From the NCBI RefSeq assembly GCF_018336915.1, contig NZ_CP064926.1:90001-122000 (forward strand): a stretch of 32,000 nt of DNA, given 5' to 3'. Shown here one piece after another: positions 27,017-32,000 of the stretch; the first letter of the stretch is position 1, and every line of letters starts with the position of its first letter. The DNA comes from Acaryochloris marina S15. Lineage in GTDB: Bacteria > Cyanobacteriota > Cyanobacteriia > Thermosynechococcales > Thermosynechococcaceae. The translations under genes were made by a program, and so were the position numbers. The notes under the pieces are model-generated. The model was not told the origin of the DNA. It saw nothing but the letters and a program-made list of their open reading frames with translations, and did not search any database.

Positions 27017-27472
27017 ATGCAAGCTAGAAACGTCCTTCCCATCAACCGCTCATCCACTCAAGTCGCTGTACCACCTCAGCCCCAGGCTAATACCCCTAGG
27101 GCATTTCGCCGACCGCTAGAGGAAATCCTAGAGGATTTGAGGCGTCCCATTCCAGAGCGGTTCATCAAGACTAAATCCAAAAAAGGAGTAGCCCTGAAGT
27201 TCGTCAGTTGGTACGACATCGTTCGCATTCTAGAGGCCAGGGCACCAGGCTTTGAATACGACTGCTCACCCCACTTTGGCGATGGGAAAACCGTAGTGAA
27301 GGCAACGATAACGATTCATGGCGAGGACGGTAGCCTTTCCCGATCAGCTCTGGGGATTGCCGACAGTGACATTGAAAACTGGGGTGATGCAACGAGCAAT
27401 GCTAGCTCAATGGCACTTCGGCGGGCTGCGGCTGAATTTGGTCTGGGGCTGCATTTGTATTGGGAGAAATAA
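27017..27472 (+). CDS. Rad52/22-like single-strand annealing protein (phage-type recombinase; possibly the DUF1071 branch)
   Basis: LKFVSWYDIVRILEARAPGFEYD...VVKATITIHGEDGSLSRSALGIAD...WGDATSNASSMALRRAAAEFGLGLHLY parallels the Rad52 N-terminal domain. The shared layout is a beta-hairpin, a conserved A..A.KRA...FG.G..LY helix, and a length of about 150 aa. Confidence 0.6.
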   Translation: MQARNVLPINRSSTQVAVPPQPQANTPRAFRRPLEEILEDLRRPIPERFIKTKSKKGVALKFVSWYDIVRILEARAPGFEYDCSPHFGDGKTVVKATITIHGEDGSLSRSALGIADSDIENWGDATSNASSMALRRAAAEFGLGLHLYWEK

Positions 27473-27474
27473 AA

Positions 27475-27735
27475 GTGAAGCAATATTATTACCACTCAGA
27501 TAATCCACTGAAAGAAGCGATCGCTGCCCTAACAGACTCAGAACCACCCAGCTTTTTGGATGGAATTCACTACACCCGGCAACTGAATGACTCACAGCTC
27601 GTAGCGCTACAGGATTGGTGCTGCATGAATACCCGCATCCCCTGGGCAACTGGCGAATCGGTCCTAGATGCTGCCGATCTGATCGTGGATCGGGCGGTAG
27701 AGAACTGCAATATCCATCCGCTATCTGCGAAATAG
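27475..27735 (+). CDS. Hypothetical protein (86 aa from GTG 27475)
   Basis: This ORF is packed between the annealing-protein stop (27472) and the Dam-fragment start (27738). No recognisable motif. Confidence 0.4.
   Translation: MKQYYYHSDNPLKEAIAALTDSEPPSFLDGIHYTRQLNDSQLVALQDWCCMNTRIPWATGESVLDAADLIVDRAVENCNIHPLSAK
27517..27524. repeat. HIP1 octamer GCGATCGC
   Basis: Exact match. Confidence 0.9.
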
Positions 27736-27737
27736 AT

Positions 27738-27896
27738 ATGCAAACCACAACGAACCCCCGTCCCTTCCTGAAGTGGGCGGGTGGAAAGCAAAAGCTAATT
27801 CGTGACCTTGGGCCGATGGTGCCGAACTTCTCAGGGAAAAACTTTGAGCCATTCTTAGTTAGTGGAGCAATGTTCTTTCAGGGAAAACTTCATTAA
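27738..27896 (+). pseudogene. N-terminal 52-aa fragment of a Dam-type (D12 class) N6-adenine DNA methyltransferase
   Basis: MQTTTNPRPFLKWAGGKQKLIRDL...NFEPFLVSGAMFF corresponds to the Dam N-terminus (PFLKWAGGK ... EPF.GGGAVFF). The ORF then ends. No DPPY motif follows. Confidence 0.65.
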
Positions 27897-28116
27897 GCAG
27901 TTTTATGGTATTCAGGCAGGATCCCTTTCAAAGGATTTTGGGCTAATCGTTCTTTATGGCAACCATATCTCAAAAGCAAGGTGCAGGTGATGATGATGCC
28001 TAGCCAAATAAGCGCAATATTGGGCCATGAAAAACCAATGAATCTGTGGATAAATAAGGTTGAGAAGCAAACAACAACCGGTGATGCACAAAAGAAGGGG
28101 GCTGCTAATATTGCTA

Positions 28117-29350
28117 TAGATCTTCAGAAAAGCATCCGTGGTTTTAGCGACACTACATCTTCATTAAATATAGTAACTAGCTCCTGATACTCTTAGCTCT
28201 GGCAAGGATTTCAAGATTATCAGAGGTCATCCAGTATGCTCGCACAATTCAAACTGCGCTTTACCCAATCAACACGCAAAAAGATTGAAGCTAAACTGCG
28301 CCAGGCATACGGGAGTCAGAATTTACGTCTGGTCAAACGTATTAGTGCTTTATTGCAGCTTGGTCAAGGTGGTTCAGTGGCACAGGTAGCTGAAACATTG
28401 GCACTAGGCGAACAAACGATCAGGGATTATCTGCATGCATTTCTAAAACGAGGTATCGCTAGCTTTAGATACAAAGCGTCTCAAGGACGTCGCAGCAAAC
28501 TCACTCCACGGCAACGACAACAGCTCAAGTCATGGATTAAAGCAGGTCCGCTCAAAGCTGGATACGAGTGTGGTTGTTGGAGTGCATTAATGGTTCAAGA
28601 CCTGATTGCGAAACGCTTCAATGTTTCCTATCATCCCCATTATGTGAGTACTCTACTGAGGAACTTAGGCTTTTCATTTCAAAGAGCACGGTTTGTTGCA
28701 GCTCATCTCAATGAAGCCAAGCGACAAGAATGGATGACACACAAATGGCCTGAGATTTTGCGTTTATCAGCAGCCAAAGATGCCCTAATTTTATTTGGGG
28801 ATGAGGCCAGTTTTGCGCAGTGGGGGTCGTTAAGCTACACCTGGAGTCTTCGTGGAGACCAGCCAACATTGCCCACCAGTGGTAAACGGAAGGCTTACAA
28901 GGTGTTTGGATTAATTGATTATCATTCTGGTCAGTTCTTCTATCAAGGTCAGACGGGACGCTTCAATTCTGAAGGGTATACTGCTTTTCTAACTCAAGTA
29001 CTCCAGCAGACTCACAAGCATATTATTCTCATTCAGGACGGGGCTAGATATCACACCAGTAAAGCAACTAAGCAGTTCTTTGACCAGCAATCCGCTCGCC
29101 TTACTCCTTTCCAATTACCCACATATTCTCCTGACTTCAACCCAATTGAATTCTTGTGGAAGAAACTCAAAAAACGCAGCACACACCTACGGTTCTTCAA
29201 GCAATTTGATGACTTAGTTCAGCAGGTCGATGAGGGGCTACTGTACTTTAGTCAGACTCCCAATGAAATTACTGTCTTAATGGGCAAATATTGCAAAACC
29301 TTGGGTACACAAGCTGCCTAGCTAATCACGGATCTTTATCTGTAGATCTA
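28117..29350 (+). mobile_element. IS630/Tc1-mariner-family insertion sequence (1234 bp), 27-bp imperfect IRs, TA target duplication
   Basis: Left tagatcttcagaaaagcatccgtggtt (28117..) matches the reverse complement of the right end, tagatctacagataaagatccgtgatt (..29350), at 22/27. TA lies at 28115..28116 and 29351..29352. Confidence 0.85.
28236..29321 (+). CDS. IS630-family transposase (HTH + DDE_3)
   Basis: 361 aa. Motifs are ILFGDEASFAQWGS, IILIQDGARYHTS and LPTYSPDFNPIEFLWKKLKK, typical of the IS630/Tc1 DDE/D domain. Confidence 0.9.
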   Translation: MLAQFKLRFTQSTRKKIEAKLRQAYGSQNLRLVKRISALLQLGQGGSVAQVAETLALGEQTIRDYLHAFLKRGIASFRYKASQGRRSKLTPRQRQQLKSWIKAGPLKAGYECGCWSALMVQDLIAKRFNVSYHPHYVSTLLRNLGFSFQRARFVAAHLNEAKRQEWMTHKWPEILRLSAAKDALILFGDEASFAQWGSLSYTWSLRGDQPTLPTSGKRKAYKVFGLIDYHSGQFFYQGQTGRFNSEGYTAFLTQVLQQTHKHIILIQDGARYHTSKATKQFFDQQSARLTPFQLPTYSPDFNPIEFLWKKLKKRSTHLRFFKQFDDLVQQVDEGLLYFSQTPNEITVLMGKYCKTLGTQAA

Positions 29351-29392
29351 TAGACATCGGCCAAATTTTGATTTGGTTGTCTGTTTAACCCA

Positions 29393-29716
29393 GAAACCAA
29401 TACCAGCGCCAGCGACACCGCCAACGACACCGCCAGCGATAGCGACACCGCCAACGACACCACCAACGTCAGCGACAGTGTCAGCGCCAACAACAGCGCC
29501 AAAGACAACGAGAAAGACAGGGACGGAGACAACGCTAACGACAGCGCTAACGATAGTGTCAGCGTTAGCACCAGCGAAAACGCCAGCGACAGCAACAGCG
29601 CCAGCGAAAACGCTAGCGATAGCGACAGCGCCAACAACAGCGCCAACAACAGCGTCTACGCCAGCACTAGCGACACCACCAACGACACCGCCAGCGACAG
29701 TGACAACGACAGCACA
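29393..29716 (-). repeat. Low-complexity coding repeat (G/A/V-rich, GxxxG-type motifs) inside the NACHT gene; open in three overlapping frames on the two strands
   Basis: The DNA is built from GCN/GTN/GGN-type hexamers such as gcgacaccgccaacgacacc, which recurs at ~29411, ~29444 and ~29671. It encodes AGGVVGGVASAG...VGAVVGAVAIA...VGGVVGGVAIAGGVVGGVAGAG. Confidence 0.7.
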
Positions 29717-32000
29717 TCCGAGGTTTTCAGCATTAGTTATGGTGTCAAATATTGCTTGGGCTCCATTCCACACAATCTGACTTCGTAAGAAGCGCCCGTA
29801 TTCTCTGCAAAATGAGATAGGTCCCAATAGGCCCAGACTAATAAATAAATTAGGTTCAAAAGGTTCTTCTGTACCGCTCAGAATGGCCAGCCAAGCAACA
29901 GGAACAATGAAGAAGGCAGATAAAGTCGAGGTCCCCCTAATCAAAAGTTCTGACGAATGAATGGAATTTTCAAAGGCTCCGATCAAGGTGAATACGGACA
30001 GTAAAACCGCGATAGATACTACCAATTGGTAGTGCCAACTGGCTCTAAGATCGTAGGTCATCGTTGTATAGAGATTTTGCCAATCATTTTTTGTGGGGGA
30101 GCGATTTACACTCAAACGGTAGAGTACATCAAGCTGCATTCTTAATGGAAGTGTTTTTAGTAAGGTTTCCCATTGGAGGCTTTGAGGTTGTTGTTTCAAA
30201 GCTTCTCTAATGAGTTGGGGGCTTTTTGTCTCTAATTGTGTCCCTTGCCTGGTGTTTTCTAGTATTGCCTGAGCTGTGTCTATCCAATCCTTAGAAGGTT
30301 TACATAAAGACTGATTGGTTAAAAGACAAATTGGCAAAACAATTCGAGGATCTAGGTCAGGCAAATCAATTTGATTCAAATGTTGGGTTTGAATTCCTTG
30401 GACGAGCTGATCCGTGATTTGCTCGGCTATGACAGAGATAGCGCTCTTCTTTACTTCATCAAACGGGTTCCAAATCCCCTGCCAGGTTTGACTAGAACTG
30501 GGTAACTTCTTTTTAGGAAAGTTTGCTAAATCTTTTTCTATGTCTACTTCTGGAAGTAGGGCTGATAACTGAACAGCAGCATGGAACGCTATAGCCTCAC
30601 GATTGTCCCAAAGTAAGGGTACTAAAGTTCTACTCGCAAACGGTGTGCCGATTTCTCCTAAATTCGTAATCGCAGAGGTATCTCCCCCTTCTGCAATAAC
30701 TTGGAGCTTAGGTACTGCTACATCACCCATACGCACAAGCTGTGTTTGTATGTCCGTCAGTTGTAAATAATGGTCAGCTAAAACCTGTGCTGCTTTTGGG
30801 ACATTGGTTGCTGCTAGTGCCTGTGCTGCATAAGTAGTAGACCTATTTCCCCTAGACAGAGTTAGGACCAGAAAATCGAAAATATCTTTACCTCTGGGAC
30901 GCTGATCAGCAGCGACAGCTCCAAAAGCCTTAATTATGCTGTCTGAACTGACAGTATCTAAACCAAGATACTCTCTGATTGAACGGTTGCTACGTAACCA
31001 GTTTTTGAAGTGATCTATGATGTCCGTCGCTAGCTTTGGCTCGATCTTTTGAGTATCGGCCAAACAACTGAAAGCTGTTACGTCGTCTTTTTTGTAAACA
31101 GCTCGAATTAGTCTAGTACTATCCCCTGCCAGTCCGCACCAGAGCTTAACTGTTTCTCGCCATACATCTGGATCTTTGCTAAAGTGCTTAATCAAACTCT
31201 CCACATCGTCAATTAACTGAGTAGCAGCAAAGAATTCTTGCAAGGTTAGATGGGTAAATTGATAGCCTTCCCCGCCATCAATTGGCATCAATAAACCACT
31301 GCGTTCACAAATCTCCTCCAAAATAGGATCTAAATCATCCTCTGCCTTCAAATTTAGACCAGGTAAAATGGATGCCACTTGTTCATTCACAGTGAGCCAA
31401 GTGAGATTACGGCGATCTCGTTGCTTCCCCTTCGTTTGGTCTTGGGCATACAAAGCCAAATGTCGTAAAACTAATTTTTTATCTCTTCCTTTGTAACGGT
31501 TAGGTGTCTGACAAGCTTGGTCCCATACCTCTAGCAAAATATCAGTGGCCTTTTGATAGAACTCAGCCCGTGAGTGGGGTAACACAAAAGCGGTATCGGT
31601 AAATAGATAAGCAATAATGGTCAACATCAATGGATTACGAGCCAACTCCATAATCCGAGGCCGATCCTGCAAAGTTTTTAATAACTGCTCCACGGATTTA
31701 TCATCACTCTGGTCTTGCTCCCAGGGGCGCATAAATTTCCGAATTTGTTGGTCGTCAAATTCTACTACTTCCACCGTCTGATCGACCTGGGTATTAAACT
31801 CTCTTTTGTAAACCTGTGTGCGACAGGTAATCGCTAACCGACACTGATCATATTGGCTGATAAAATCTTGCAAACGGCGAACAACGTTGGGACGATCCGC
31901 ACTGTTCACTTCATCCAGGCCGTCAAAGAGTAGCATAATCATGCCCTGCTTCAGTCCTTGGAAAACAAAGTTTGTCCCATTGGGAAAGTCGTCTCGCTCC

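Larger units (their letters stand above)
27893..32000 (-). pseudogene. NACHT-family STAND NTPase with HEAT-like repeats and a C-terminal multi-TM, Gly/Ala/Val-rich region; 5' end off-window, 3' end split by IS630
   Basis: The frame is open to the window edge (ERDDFPNGTNFVFQGLKQG precedes MIMLLFDGLDEV). Walker B is LLFDGLDEV, sensor-1-like is RLAITCRTQ, and NACHT motifs are ARNPLMLTIIAY and YQFTHLTLQEFFAA. HEAT-like repeats span aa ~370-465. TM helices and the GGVVGGVA tail follow. Removing 28117..29350 plus one TA extends the frame 77 codons to the TAA at 27895..27893. Confidence 0.75.

Noticed and set aside
27615-27737. The upstream part of ORF 27615..27896
   Set aside because: Only the part from ATG 27738 resembles Dam. 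The upstream codons overlap the 27475..27735 ORF in another frame.
27981-28187. 68-aa + strand ORF
   Set aside because: It crosses the IS630 left terminus (28117), so it is chimeric. Its left part is antisense to the reconstructed NACHT C-terminal extension.
29393-29716. Possible CRISPR array or other spaced-repeat locus
   Set aside because: The repeats are short, degenerate, contiguous and in frame within a long ORF. There is no repeat-spacer organisation. No CRISPR-like array was seen anywhere in the window.
29326-29780. ORFs 29326..29649 (-, LALSLSLA-rich) and 29373..29780 (+, PTTPPA-rich)
   Set aside because: They are alternative-frame readings of the hexamer-periodic tract. The frame continuous with the 860-aa NACHT protein is the credible one.

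Overview
The window looks cyanobacterial: four exact HIP1 octamers (GCGATCGC), DUF1816 genes, DUF4351/Rpn-like genes and CheB-CheR-PAS kinases. It is an accessory-type region heavily colonised by mobile DNA. Left third (1-8.7 kb): a groES-groEL paralogue is knocked out twice, by an IS256-family element in groES and an IS4-superfamily element in groEL. Both insertions have intact target-site duplications, and precise in-silico excision restores 103-aa and 544-aa ORFs. This part also holds a NodB-type polysaccharide deacetylase, two DUF1816 genes and two perfect 21-bp foldback repeats. Middle (8.8-23.3 kb): a group II intron (RT-maturase-HNH ORF, clear domain V) sits between two Rpn/PD-(D/E)XK-like genes. 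Next comes an XPB/ERCC3-type helicase translationally coupled to a 622-aa partner of unknown function, then two convergent two-component modules, one with a 1412-aa CheB-CheR-PAS-GAF histidine kinase. Right third (23.7-32 kb): kinase remnants, a nested IS pile-up, and an orphan phage-like recombination module (Rad52-like annealing protein, truncated Dam methylase). It ends with a large NACHT NTPase gene carrying HEAT-like repeats and a C-terminal multi-TM, Gly/Ala/Val-rich tail. That gene is split near its 3' end by an IS630 element and runs off the window. The most interesting candidates are the XPB-partner module and the NACHT-TM/glycine-zipper gene. No rRNA, tRNA or CRISPR array was seen. 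All family assignments come from motif recognition by eye, not from database searches.
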